From a virus (Duplodnaviria; Caudoviricetes): DNA of 59,677 nt. Below the pieces are notes generated by a model. The model ran no database searches. It worked only from the letters and a program-made list of their open reading frames with translations, and was not told the origin of the DNA. Where the stretch lies: positions 1-59,677 of the IMG/VR virus record IMGVR_UViG_3300025009_000014, one strand, 5' to 3'. Below are positions 18,733-27,284 of the stretch, in pieces. The translations under genes and the position numbers were made by a program. How positions within the stretch are numbered: the first letter of the stretch is position 1; every line of letters begins with the position of its first letter.

Positions 18733-19275
18733 TTATATAATTTGATTCAATTGTGTTAATTTCCGTCTCAATGTTTCGGGATCGATCAGTCTTACTTTCC
18801 TGAAATCTATGTAATCCCCCTTATACGGCCATATCACTTCATACTTCCTGTTGACCGTCGAAGGAGGGAGCATCATTGCTTCCGGCCGTCCGTTTTCGTC
18901 TATCCCCTTCACTTCTATCACCCCGTTTTTTTTCGGTATCTGCAGGCTCTTTACCGGAACGTGTGTCAGGTAATGCACGTGGAACCCGTTGTGCTTTCCC
19001 CCGCTTTTCACGATCACCGTGTCCGAACAGACCTGTTTTGCCGTTTCCAATACCTTGGGATATCGTGAAAGATCGAAATCAAAATCCAATACGACCGAGA
19101 ACGTGTTCCTGAACACCTGTGTACCCGCCAACATCGCAAGGTTGTCCCTCGGCCCTATGTCTCGGGGTGCGTATTTCCGATAATTCCAGAATACTTCGGT
19201 TGCGGCCTTTTGCCCCGCTTTGCACGGAAAAAACGACAGCATCCCGTAGTATTGCCGGATATCGGTCTGGTTCAT
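18733..19275 (-). CDS. Prim-Pol/AEP-like protein
   Basis: VVLDFD, KSGGKHNGFHVHY, IEVKG, LPPS motifs. Confidence 0.6.
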   Translation of the reverse strand: MNQTDIRQYYGMLSFFPCKAGQKAATEVFWNYRKYAPRDIGPRDNLAMLAGTQVFRNTFSVVLDFDFDLSRYPKVLETAKQVCSDTVIVKSGGKHNGFHVHYLTHVPVKSLQIPKKNGVIEVKGIDENGRPEAMMLPPSTVNRKYEVIWPYKGDYIDFRKVRLIDPETLRRKLTQLNQII

Positions 19276-19278
19276 GGC

Positions 19279-19383
19279 TTAAACTTCTTGGGTTTGAGCT
19301 TTCTTGTGCTTTTTGGCATACATGTAACCTGCAACCACTAACGCGAGCAACACCGCATACAGAATCATTTTTTTGTTTTTCAT
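19279..19383 (-). CDS. 34-aa membrane protein (not in ORF track)
   Basis: MKNKKMILYAVLLALVVAGYMYAKKHKKAQTQEV. Confidence 0.65.
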   Translation of the reverse strand: MKNKKMILYAVLLALVVAGYMYAKKHKKAQTQEV

Positions 19384-20018
19384 ATCGCTTTTTTTATGTG
19401 AATAAATCCTCTTAATCTTAACCCGTTCGTATTTGTCCAATCGTATTTTCTTTCCATCTGCCCCACTTCTATTCCTTCCCTGCCTCCCGAATCGTTCGTG
19501 TTGCCTTCTATCGTCGCGAACGTGTCTTTGTTTGTTTTTTCTACTATCCCTATGTGTCCCTGATACGTAGGCATCCCGTTCTGATACTTTTGCCAGATCA
19601 CGAGATCGCCTTTTTTGGGTGCTTTCGTGATCTCGAACAGCCCAGATCCGTCCTTTGCAAAATTGTCAAAGGTTGCCTGTGTGCTTGGCGTGATCAGCCT
19701 GTCCACCAATTCTTCGTGCCGTCTGCCTACTTTCTTCATTACCACCATTTTTACAAACGATGCGCACCATGCAGCCGAATTCCTGAAATCACCGTACTCG
19801 CGCATCAGCCTGTCGAACTCTTCGTTCTCGAATCCCATGTTGCCGGCTATCTCCCTTTCTCCCGTCCACTTTTTCGCAAACCTTACGAACTTGTTTTTGC
19901 GGATCATGTAATAAACGAGCATTGCCGCACCCAATGCCGAGAATATCGCGAAACCGACGGCTATCTGCGGGTGCTTCTTTACCGTTCCGACTATATTTTT
20001 TGAGAACTCTTTTATCAT
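19380..20018 (-). CDS. CHAP-domain cell wall hydrolase with N-terminal TM
   Basis: AWCASFV, PKKGDLVIW, GHIGIV, TIEGNT. Confidence 0.9.
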   Translation of the reverse strand: MIKEFSKNIVGTVKKHPQIAVGFAIFSALGAAMLVYYMIRKNKFVRFAKKWTGEREIAGNMGFENEEFDRLMREYGDFRNSAAWCASFVKMVVMKKVGRRHEELVDRLITPSTQATFDNFAKDGSGLFEITKAPKKGDLVIWQKYQNGMPTYQGHIGIVEKTNKDTFATIEGNTNDSGGREGIEVGQMERKYDWTNTNGLRLRGFIHIKKAI

Positions 20019-20022
20019 CCCC

Positions 20023-20739
20023 TTATCTCAAACCCAATTTTAAAAACCGTGCCTTCAACTCTTTGTCGAGGTCGATGCTCCACGAATCGTCCGCTATCTC
20101 TTGCGCCAATGAATCTTCCTTGCCGTCGGCATGTTGATAGTCGCTGAACTTGTGGTACACGTATTCAAAATCTTGATCCGACAATCCGTAAAGCTCGTCA
20201 TACAAAGCATCATCCGCTCTCCCCAACGCATGCACGTCCTTGAATATGGAATAGGCGAGGTTGTCGAGTTTGCGGTTGTACATTTCGGGGTTGTCTATCA
20301 CGGTCTGCTTGTTCTGGATGATGTCGTCGAACTTCGTGAAGTCTTCATCCAGCCGTTCCTGTAAATCCAACAACAGGTCGGAACCGTACAAGCCTTTGTA
20401 TGCTTTCGCTATTTTCTTGAAATTCTCGGCTTTCACATAATCCCTTCCGACGGACAATACCTTCGATACGTCCGCGCTCGATTTTAAAGCCCCCCGAACC
20501 GTATTCACGGCACTCGAAAACGGTTTGAATATCGAAAACTTGGAATCGATCCTTCCTTCGGGGTACAATGCGTTGAACAGCCTTTGGGCAGCCGTGATGT
20601 TTTCGTCACCGTATGCCTGTCTCGCAAGTTTCGCACGCCTCATGTCCGCGAGTTTTTTTCCCATGTAGGTCAAAAAGATTGCCGTCGCGATCCCGATCAG
20701 GATCAGGTGCTTTGTCTTTAGGTTAAACCTGTTCTCCAT
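20023..20739 (-). CDS. Membrane-anchored annexin-like protein
   Basis: N-terminal TM; FKKIAKAYKGLYGSDLLLDLQERLDEDF plus a second degenerate repeat. Confidence 0.55.
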   Translation of the reverse strand: MENRFNLKTKHLILIGIATAIFLTYMGKKLADMRRAKLARQAYGDENITAAQRLFNALYPEGRIDSKFSIFKPFSSAVNTVRGALKSSADVSKVLSVGRDYVKAENFKKIAKAYKGLYGSDLLLDLQERLDEDFTKFDDIIQNKQTVIDNPEMYNRKLDNLAYSIFKDVHALGRADDALYDELYGLSDQDFEYVYHKFSDYQHADGKEDSLAQEIADDSWSIDLDKELKARFLKLGLR

Positions 20740-20992
20740 TGTCGTCCCTTTTTATTTGCTGCATCCCGATAAGCAGTTTCTTGATACCGGCTATCTCCGT
20801 CTTTTGCTTTCCGAACGTCCTGTTCATCGAACGTATGACGATAAACGTCACCACTCCCAATAACACGAGCGTGACTATGATCGTCCCCTTGGCCATTCCC
20901 AATGCGAACTTTCCCGTGTCGGTCTTCTCCAATTTGGCCACATCGTCACCGATGCTACCGGCCATGCCGATTCTTAACAGTTGTGCTATCAT
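20723..20992 (-). CDS. Small membrane protein
   Basis: Central TM. Confidence 0.65.
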   Translation of the reverse strand: MIAQLLRIGMAGSIGDDVAKLEKTDTGKFALGMAKGTIIVTLVLLGVVTFIVIRSMNRTFGKQKTEIAGIKKLLIGMQQIKRDDNGEQV

Positions 20993-21261
20993 GATACGAT
21001 GTGGTTTACTATTTGTTCATAGTTCGTCAGGTCATCTGCCGTCATTTCGTCGGATTTGTACCTGTAATGCACGCTCTCGATCAGATCGAAGACCTTGATC
21101 TTGATCCGTTCGATTTTGTCCGTGTTTACTTTTTGGCTTGCCGGCTGTGCGGATGCCCTGTACTTTTCGACGGCTTTCTTCTCGAAGTGTTTCTTCAAAA
21201 AGTAACCTGCAGTCAATCCGACGAGTATCCAGATTACGGTTTTACGATTGAGATTCATCAT
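20989..21261 (-). CDS. Small membrane protein
   Basis: N-terminal TM. Confidence 0.65.
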   Translation of the reverse strand: MMNLNRKTVIWILVGLTAGYFLKKHFEKKAVEKYRASAQPASQKVNTDKIERIKIKVFDLIESVHYRYKSDEMTADDLTNYEQIVNHIVS

Positions 21262-21397
21262 TTTTCAAGAGTTTTCTTTGTACCTTGATCGAATAATAGG
21301 CGTTCACCGCCAATAATACTGCCGTCACTACGGTCAATACGGACATTGCTATCCTGACTTTTTTGTTTTCCAATAAATCGGTGATGTTCAGTTTCAT
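21242..21397 (-). CDS. 51-aa membrane protein (not in ORF track)
   Basis: MKLNITDLLENKKVRIAMSVLTVVTAVLLAVNAYYSIK... Confidence 0.65.
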   Translation of the reverse strand: MKLNITDLLENKKVRIAMSVLTVVTAVLLAVNAYYSIKVQRKLLKNDESQS

Positions 21398-21398
21398 C

Positions 21399-21851
21399 TT
21401 ACTGCTTTTTTTTGATGACTAATTTTGATAATGTTATGCCGGCAAGCATCCCTGCCAGTGTGTAACCGATCAGTCCCGTCGGCTGTTGGTTCGTCCTTTT
21501 GGCCGCCCAAAAACCTGCCGCGCCCAATCCCAATGAGATCAGGATGTCTTTTGTCGTAAGCCCCACTCCCATAAGGTTGATGCTTTTGTCAAAAAACTTC
21601 TTGGTTTGCTCTGCCGTTACCTTCGCGCCTTCTTCGTCGGGCCATCCGCCCCCGCCTCCGCTTGTGACGGGTGCATCTACGACGGGTTCGTTTTCGTTCA
21701 CGTCGGCTGTTGCCGATGTATCCACGGGTATGTCCGTATTGACATCATCCCTTGCGGTATCACCGCCCGTGGATGTATCTGCTATCGGATCAACCGTCAC
21801 AGGTTCGTCGTTTACAACGACGGAACCCGTATTGATGTCGGTTGTTGGCAT
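21399..21851 (-). CDS. Acidic low-complexity protein with two C-terminal TMs
   Basis: D/T/V/P-rich N-terminus, GGGGG linker, two hydrophobic segments. Confidence 0.7.
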   Translation of the reverse strand: MPTTDINTGSVVVNDEPVTVDPIADTSTGGDTARDDVNTDIPVDTSATADVNENEPVVDAPVTSGGGGGWPDEEGAKVTAEQTKKFFDKSINLMGVGLTTKDILISLGLGAAGFWAAKRTNQQPTGLIGYTLAGMLAGITLSKLVIKKKQ

Positions 21852-21854
21852 GGC

Positions 21855-22088
21855 TTATTTCCCCATATTGATGTACCCTTTTTTCTTTGCCCACAAAAAG
21901 GCCAAGGTACCGAGTACCCCTATGATTGCTCCCCATACAAAACCCTTGGCGATTTTTTGGTTTTGTGTCATGCCGATTTTTTCGGTTGCCGCCATGAAAC
22001 GTTGTTTCACGCCTTTCGGCTCGATCTTCACTTCTTCGGGCATCGTGGTATCTACCACGGTTTCGTTTACATTGATGTCTTCTTCCAT
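21855..22088 (-). CDS. Small membrane protein
   Basis: C-terminal TM GFVWGAIIGVLGTLAFLW. Confidence 0.7.
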   Translation of the reverse strand: MEEDINVNETVVDTTMPEEVKIEPKGVKQRFMAATEKIGMTQNQKIAKGFVWGAIIGVLGTLAFLWAKKKGYINMGK

Positions 22089-22093
22089 TTTTT

Positions 22094-22753
22094 CTATTTT
22101 TTAAGGTTGATAATTAAATGATACGTGTTCCTGATAAAGCATGACGAGACAAACCCGCCATCCTGTTCGTTGTATATCGATAAGCCCGACAATATCTCGC
22201 TTGTCACGGCCATCAGTTTTTTGTTGTAGTTGCCGTCTTCCTGTAAATTTGTTTCTGCAAGGATGTTGAATATTCTTTTGAGCATGTTGGTTTCCGTCGA
22301 TTTGTCGCCCTTGCGGATCCCTTCGTCCCCGCAGTTCGATCCCGTTACTTCCCTGAAATCCCTGTTGCCCCGGCTTCTCGCAAACATGATGTTGAAGTTG
22401 CGGATAAAGGTCCTGTTCACGGCATTGTCGTAAAATATGTTGTCGGTGTCTTCATCCAATCCCGCGGCAACCCTGAAAAAATAATCGTCTGCCGCGCCCA
22501 CTCCCGCGAAATATTTTATTCCCGCTATCTCGTTGCAGTTTTCCTCGAATTCCCGCAAATCGTCGTCGGTTTCGTTGAAAGAGATGGTCTGTCTCCCTTC
22601 CGGTTCGGGTTGCGGTTGCGGTTGGTTGTCCGGTAACGGTTCGGGTTGCGGTTCATCGCCTTTTGCAGGTTTTACCCTGTTGCGGTACCACATGACCGCG
22701 ATCGCGATCAATACGCCTATGATTAAACCTTTGATGAATTTTTTGTCTGTCAT
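22094..22753 (-). CDS. Membrane-anchored protein with PQPE linker and degenerate PG-binding-like domain
   Basis: N-terminal TM; GIRKGDKSTETNMLKRIFN...LQEDGNY. Confidence 0.6.
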   Translation of the reverse strand: MTDKKFIKGLIIGVLIAIAVMWYRNRVKPAKGDEPQPEPLPDNQPQPQPEPEGRQTISFNETDDDLREFEENCNEIAGIKYFAGVGAADDYFFRVAAGLDEDTDNIFYDNAVNRTFIRNFNIMFARSRGNRDFREVTGSNCGDEGIRKGDKSTETNMLKRIFNILAETNLQEDGNYNKKLMAVTSEILSGLSIYNEQDGGFVSSCFIRNTYHLIINLKK

Positions 22754-23811
22754 TTTATCCTTCTTATTAAATAAACCAATAATGATATTGTCCCTATGGT
22801 TGTCGTGATGATCTTGATTTGTTTCAGTATGTCTTTTCGTTTGAATTCGGCTATGTACTCCCCTTTTACGATCTTTTGTTTTACATTTTCATACATGTTT
22901 GTAATCTGTTTGCCCATTGTCTGCCTTTCTTCCGGTTTCTGATACGAGAACAGCATCGTGACTTCCGTGTTCGGCTCTATCTCGTACTCAAAACTGTCAA
23001 CCCCTATCAACACCGGCTGTTTGAAATAAATGATCGTCTGGTTGTTGAAATCTTTTGTCGTTATGAAATCAAACGCGTTGATCGTGCTTTCTTCCGTTAC
23101 GAGGTTCAAGATATCCCTGGTGATCACTTTCATCATCTTCTGCCTTTGCACCGCGTTCGTGCTGTCTATCCTGATCACGTTGTAATATTGCGGATCCTGA
23201 CGTAAACTCTGTACCAATGCCGTGTATGAAGGCCCCGTGTTTTCGGGTGTCGGTTCGGGTGTGCCGCTTCCGCTTCCGTATGTTCCGGTGATCGTGAATA
23301 CGGATACGTAATTTGGTGATTCCGATCCTTCTACCATCATGTTCCCGTCGTCATAATCGGATGTAGAATTCAATGTTAATCGTAATCCTATCTGTCCCGA
23401 ATCTGCCCTTTGCAGTTCATACGTGTAATTAACCCCTGCCGTTACGTTCACATCCACGGTGTAGGTGCAGCTCTGGTTTTTTATCCCCGTCAATCCCGTA
23501 TAGGTTGCGATGGTTGCCCCCGTATCTTTGTTTTTGATGGTCAGGATGAAATTGGTGCCGTCGTTTCCCGCTTCGTTGTTATCGAATATTACCGTTATCG
23601 ACGATATTTTACCCGTATATGGCTGCAGCCATGCCTGTCCCAAAGATACCGCGTTGAAATAACTTCCAGTGTTGACCGTTTGTTGTACCGTGAAAGGTGT
23701 GGTCGGTGTCGAAGGGGTGCTTTTTGAAGTCGTGCCGATATCGAACATGGTCACTGTCTGTGCCGTGCTTTCCGTATTCGATATTTTAACTGCAAACCCG
23801 CTCATAATCAT
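22750..23811 (-). CDS. Capsid-candidate paralog with inserted beta domain and C-terminal TM (penton/spike-base candidate)
   Basis: Blocks align by eye with ORF 27285..27887. Confidence 0.55.
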   Translation of the reverse strand: MIMSGFAVKISNTESTAQTVTMFDIGTTSKSTPSTPTTPFTVQQTVNTGSYFNAVSLGQAWLQPYTGKISSITVIFDNNEAGNDGTNFILTIKNKDTGATIATYTGLTGIKNQSCTYTVDVNVTAGVNYTYELQRADSGQIGLRLTLNSTSDYDDGNMMVEGSESPNYVSVFTITGTYGSGSGTPEPTPENTGPSYTALVQSLRQDPQYYNVIRIDSTNAVQRQKMMKVITRDILNLVTEESTINAFDFITTKDFNNQTIIYFKQPVLIGVDSFEYEIEPNTEVTMLFSYQKPEERQTMGKQITNMYENVKQKIVKGEYIAEFKRKDILKQIKIITTTIGTISLLVYLIRRIK

Positions 23812-24563
23812 TCGTCAAACATTAATTTCGATTCATAGGCATCCAACCATTCCTCCGCATTCTTCTGCCTCTCTTTGCTGTATATCCCCGGTGTGAGCAT
23901 CTGGAACGCGTACCAACCCTCTATCACGGGATATTTCATATCCAAAAAAAGTTTCAGGCTGTTGATATCCGCTTCGAATTCGTCGTCGATATTTCTGTTC
24001 ATGGCTTTGTGCGCATATTCGTGACTGATCAATATCGTCCGGATGGGTACCGAAACCAAATCAAAAGCGGCCTTGCTCACCTCGATCACATCCGCCACGC
24101 TCGCATATCTTGCCGGCGTGTCCGTGATCTCTTCAACGATCTTTATCCTGAACTGCTTCTTTTTGTCGGTATATGTGCCGGGCATGTAGTTGAAGAACTC
24201 GAACGAAAACTTCTTTACAAATGCCTGAAACTCTTCTGTTTTTTTGTCAAACTTGAAATCAAGGCTCTTAAATTCCGTTATCGGGCTGACTTCTACCTTG
24301 AAGACATCGAAATCGTATTGCGGCTTTTCCGAAAAAATCAATACTGTTAAGAACTTTCCTGTCATCGGCACCCCGAACCTGTACGCTTTTTTTTCGCCCG
24401 GTTCGGCATCCCTCGAAAACAACATGGTGTTCGGGCTGTTTTCGTTGAACCCGTTTATGCTCAAAACATTCGCGGGGGACGTTCCCACCGTTATATTTAT
24501 CGCCACGGGCCTGTTGTCGGTCTTTATCCTTACCTCGTAAGGTTTATTTCCCTTTACCCGCAT
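23808..24563 (-). CDS. Zincin-like metalloprotease (maturation protease candidate)
   Basis: ILISHEYAH...DEFEAD. Confidence 0.65.
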   Translation of the reverse strand: MRVKGNKPYEVRIKTDNRPVAINITVGTSPANVLSINGFNENSPNTMLFSRDAEPGEKKAYRFGVPMTGKFLTVLIFSEKPQYDFDVFKVEVSPITEFKSLDFKFDKKTEEFQAFVKKFSFEFFNYMPGTYTDKKKQFRIKIVEEITDTPARYASVADVIEVSKAAFDLVSVPIRTILISHEYAHKAMNRNIDDEFEADINSLKLFLDMKYPVIEGWYAFQMLTPGIYSKERQKNAEEWLDAYESKLMFDE

Positions 24564-24957
24564 TTTTTTTCTTCATGATCACAAGAACAAGTATGACGAG
24601 TGCGACAATTATCCCGGTTGCGATCAGCCATGTACGCAGTTTCTTGTTGTACTTCTCGCTGTCTTTGTCTTCGGGGTATATCTCATACGCATCCCCTTCG
24701 TCGTACACCTTTGCACCGTTTTTCAACTTGCCGTACACATCCGCGCCTTTCTCGCCCCATGTCAGTATGGAATCGATCCATGTTTTCAGTTTTTCGCCCT
24801 TTTGTGCCGTCCCGTCTTCTTCTACGTCCTCTATCAATATCGGATCGAGTTCTTCCATCTCGTTGATGTCGAGATCACGGGTATTTGTCCCGGATTGTGT
24901 CGTGGTCGTCTCGTAATTGAAATACTTTTCGTTCCTTACTTTTTTGCGAATATCCAT
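24544..24957 (-). CDS. Virion membrane protein candidate
   Basis: C-terminal TM plus KKK; KYFNY motif. Confidence 0.7.
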   Translation of the reverse strand: MDIRKKVRNEKYFNYETTTTQSGTNTRDLDINEMEELDPILIEDVEEDGTAQKGEKLKTWIDSILTWGEKGADVYGKLKNGAKVYDEGDAYEIYPEDKDSEKYNKKLRTWLIATGIIVALVILVLVIMKKKNAGKGK

Positions 24958-25193
24958 TTTTTCGTTTTTTTAAGGTATATAAATAATCCTGCCAATACGA
25001 CAACCGATATCCCTGCCGCGATCATCCACTTCTTTCGGTTCGCGTTTGCCTGTGCGTTCATGTTCCCGTCGTAGTTCTCTTTGTACTTCACACCGTATTT
25101 CTCGGCATCTTTCCTGATCTCCTCGCGGTAATCGTCTTCGTTGTACGATGAAACCTCGCTTAAATATTGGTTTGCTATGTCTTTTGCGCCCAT
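24936..25193 (-). CDS. Virion membrane protein candidate
   Basis: C-terminal TM; KENYDG motif. Confidence 0.7.
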   Translation of the reverse strand: MGAKDIANQYLSEVSSYNEDDYREEIRKDAEKYGVKYKENYDGNMNAQANANRKKWMIAAGISVVVLAGLFIYLKKTKKWIFAKK

Positions 25194-26105
25194 TTATTTC
25201 TTTTTTAACCGTTTGTACATATAATATCCGATTGCCGCAACCGCCAATGCCCCCAAAACATAATAGATTTTTTTGTTGTCGGTGATGTTGTTCACAACAG
25301 TTGCACCGAAAGTCCCGCTGTTGTTGATCTTTTTTTCCTCTGTTTCGAGTTTGGATATCTCGGCTGCCTGTTTGGCAATCTCTATCTTGATGTTTTGCAG
25401 CGAAAGCCCTTCCGCTTTCAGGTCTGCCTCGTGCATTTCCTGTTGCCTCAGTTCCTCTGACCGTGCCTCGGCTTCACGTGCATCCTGCATCTGTTGTTCC
25501 ACGAACCGGTCGTCTTCCGATATCATGTTGTCGTATTTGGCTTTCAGGGTGGTGTAATTGGTGACTGCCGCGCCTAATGCCGTAGATGAGGCGGCCACGG
25601 CATCCCTCCAAGACGTATAGGATGAAAGCACGTTGTTTTTATGCACGTTGCACAAGTATTTTCTCTTGCATTCGAAGTATTTCTTTTCGGCCATCGAATA
25701 GTTCAGCAGGTCCGAATTGTGTTTTGCCTGCAACCGTGTTTTTTCGGTCAGTGCCGCTGTTACGGCCGCTTCCTGTGCCGCTATTTCGGCTGCGGTATAT
25801 ATGTGTTGGTATCCGCCGTCGAAGTTTTTGAACTTTTCTTTTTTCTTCAATCTCAACCGTTCGATCGATATCTTTTTTTCCTCGATCTTCCTTCTGTTGC
25901 TCTCCAATATGCGGGTAAGCATCAGTTTTTTGTCCATTGTCGTCAGCGTTTTGTCCGCATCCATCTGCGAAAATAATACGTTCGGGGATTGGATGTTGAC
26001 AAGGGGAAGTTCTTTCCCTTCTTTCATGGCCTTTGCAAATCGGGCGACAACGGTAAGCTGCTTTTCCGATTTTATGTTGTAACGGTTTGTTTTTGGCTTG
26101 ATCAT
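25194..26105 (-). CDS. Coiled-coil protein with C-terminal TM
   Basis: Ala-rich heptads; KFKNFDG motif; TM YYVLGALAVAAIGYYMY. Confidence 0.75.
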   Translation of the reverse strand: MIKPKTNRYNIKSEKQLTVVARFAKAMKEGKELPLVNIQSPNVLFSQMDADKTLTTMDKKLMLTRILESNRRKIEEKKISIERLRLKKKEKFKNFDGGYQHIYTAAEIAAQEAAVTAALTEKTRLQAKHNSDLLNYSMAEKKYFECKRKYLCNVHKNNVLSSYTSWRDAVAASSTALGAAVTNYTTLKAKYDNMISEDDRFVEQQMQDAREAEARSEELRQQEMHEADLKAEGLSLQNIKIEIAKQAAEISKLETEEKKINNSGTFGATVVNNITDNKKIYYVLGALAVAAIGYYMYKRLKKK

Positions 26106-26395
26106 GCTTTTTTCTTTTTATAGATGACTATTAGTGCTATGGTTGACAGTATCGCCACTCCCGCGATGATGTAGGGTGCCTTGCTTGTTTCCGGCTGTGC
26201 CGTGTATTGTTGTTCCAACATGCCCGTGAGTTTGTCCTGGTATTGATCCCTCAATTCGTTTGTCATCGTGTTTTCCGCTTTCTTCTTTTGCAAAAAACTG
26301 TACAATGCGCCTCCCGGATTGAGTACGGCAAATATGCCTTTCCCTTCCTTGAACTTTTGTCCGAACGTTACGGCTGTGGTCTTTAAATCTGCCAT
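26102..26395 (-). CDS. Virion membrane protein candidate
   Basis: C-terminal TM plus KKKK. Confidence 0.7.
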   Translation of the reverse strand: MADLKTTAVTFGQKFKEGKGIFAVLNPGGALYSFLQKKKAENTMTNELRDQYQDKLTGMLEQQYTAQPETSKAPYIIAGVAILSTIALIVIYKKKKA

Positions 26396-26396
26396 G

Positions 26397-26873
26397 TTAC
26401 TTCTTTTTGTTTTTGAATATCAATATGCCCGCAACCGCCATAAATGCCAAAACGGATGCTATCACGATCATGGTCTGCAGACGCTTTTGTCTGGCCTGTG
26501 CCTCTTTCTCTGCGGCTATCGCCTTTAACAGTTCTTTTGTCTGTTCGTCTTCTGCCGCTTCCTTGCTTTGTTTTTTCTTGATGATGTTGGATGCGACACC
26601 CGCTACCGCGCTCACGATGCCGACGATGGCCGTCACGAAGTTCTTGTGTCCGCTTTCCGATACCACGAGTGTTTTTTTGCTTTTCATCAGTTCGGTGAAC
26701 TCCGTCGCGAACGCCTCGTTCTCCGACAACTGTGTCAATACGGTGTCGATCAGTTCCCGGTTGCTTATTTTTGGCGGCACGGGATGATACTTTTTTAGGA
26801 TGATCACGGTTTCCCTGCCGTGTCTTACGATTGTCTTGGCTATTGCCCTTGATATGTTGGTTTCCGTGTTCAC
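26397..26873 (-). CDS. Virion membrane protein with two hydrophobic segments
   Basis: HKNFVTAIVGIVSAVAGVASNII and a C-terminal TM. Confidence 0.7.
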   Translation of the reverse strand: MNTETNISRAIAKTIVRHGRETVIILKKYHPVPPKISNRELIDTVLTQLSENEAFATEFTELMKSKKTLVVSESGHKNFVTAIVGIVSAVAGVASNIIKKKQSKEAAEDEQTKELLKAIAAEKEAQARQKRLQTMIVIASVLAFMAVAGILIFKNKKK

Positions 26874-26875
26874 GT

Positions 26876-27220
26876 TTATGATTTTAAGAATTTGAGTATT
26901 GCGATGATGCCTATAATTAACAAAGCGACCTGAACCATGTTCATGTCGATCTCTATCGGTTTCATTTTGGAGGTGTCTGTTGTTACGGGCAGTTGTGTGA
27001 TACGGACGTTGGAAAAATGCGCGAGCAGTGCGTTTTTATCCGGATGCAGGTTCAATACCTGCTTTTCTCCGTCGTTGGTTTCGTCGATAAACAGTTCGGC
27101 ACTTTCTATAAGCTCGTCGAACGATTGCGGCTTGTTATACCCGTTCGACATCAACAGCCTTTCCAATCCTGCCGTGTTGCTTAACGCGATGTATTCGAGA
27201 TAACTCATTGAGTTGTTCAT
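26876..27220 (-). CDS. Virion membrane protein candidate
   Basis: Likely start MNNSMS; C-terminal TM. Confidence 0.65.
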   Translation of the reverse strand: MNNSMSYLEYIALSNTAGLERLLMSNGYNKPQSFDELIESAELFIDETNDGEKQVLNLHPDKNALLAHFSNVRITQLPVTTDTSKMKPIEIDMNMVQVALLIIGIIAILKFLKS

Positions 27221-27284
27221 AGTCTGATGTTTAAAAGAAGGGATATAAATATCCCTTCTAAACAAATACAACACTTACAAATAC

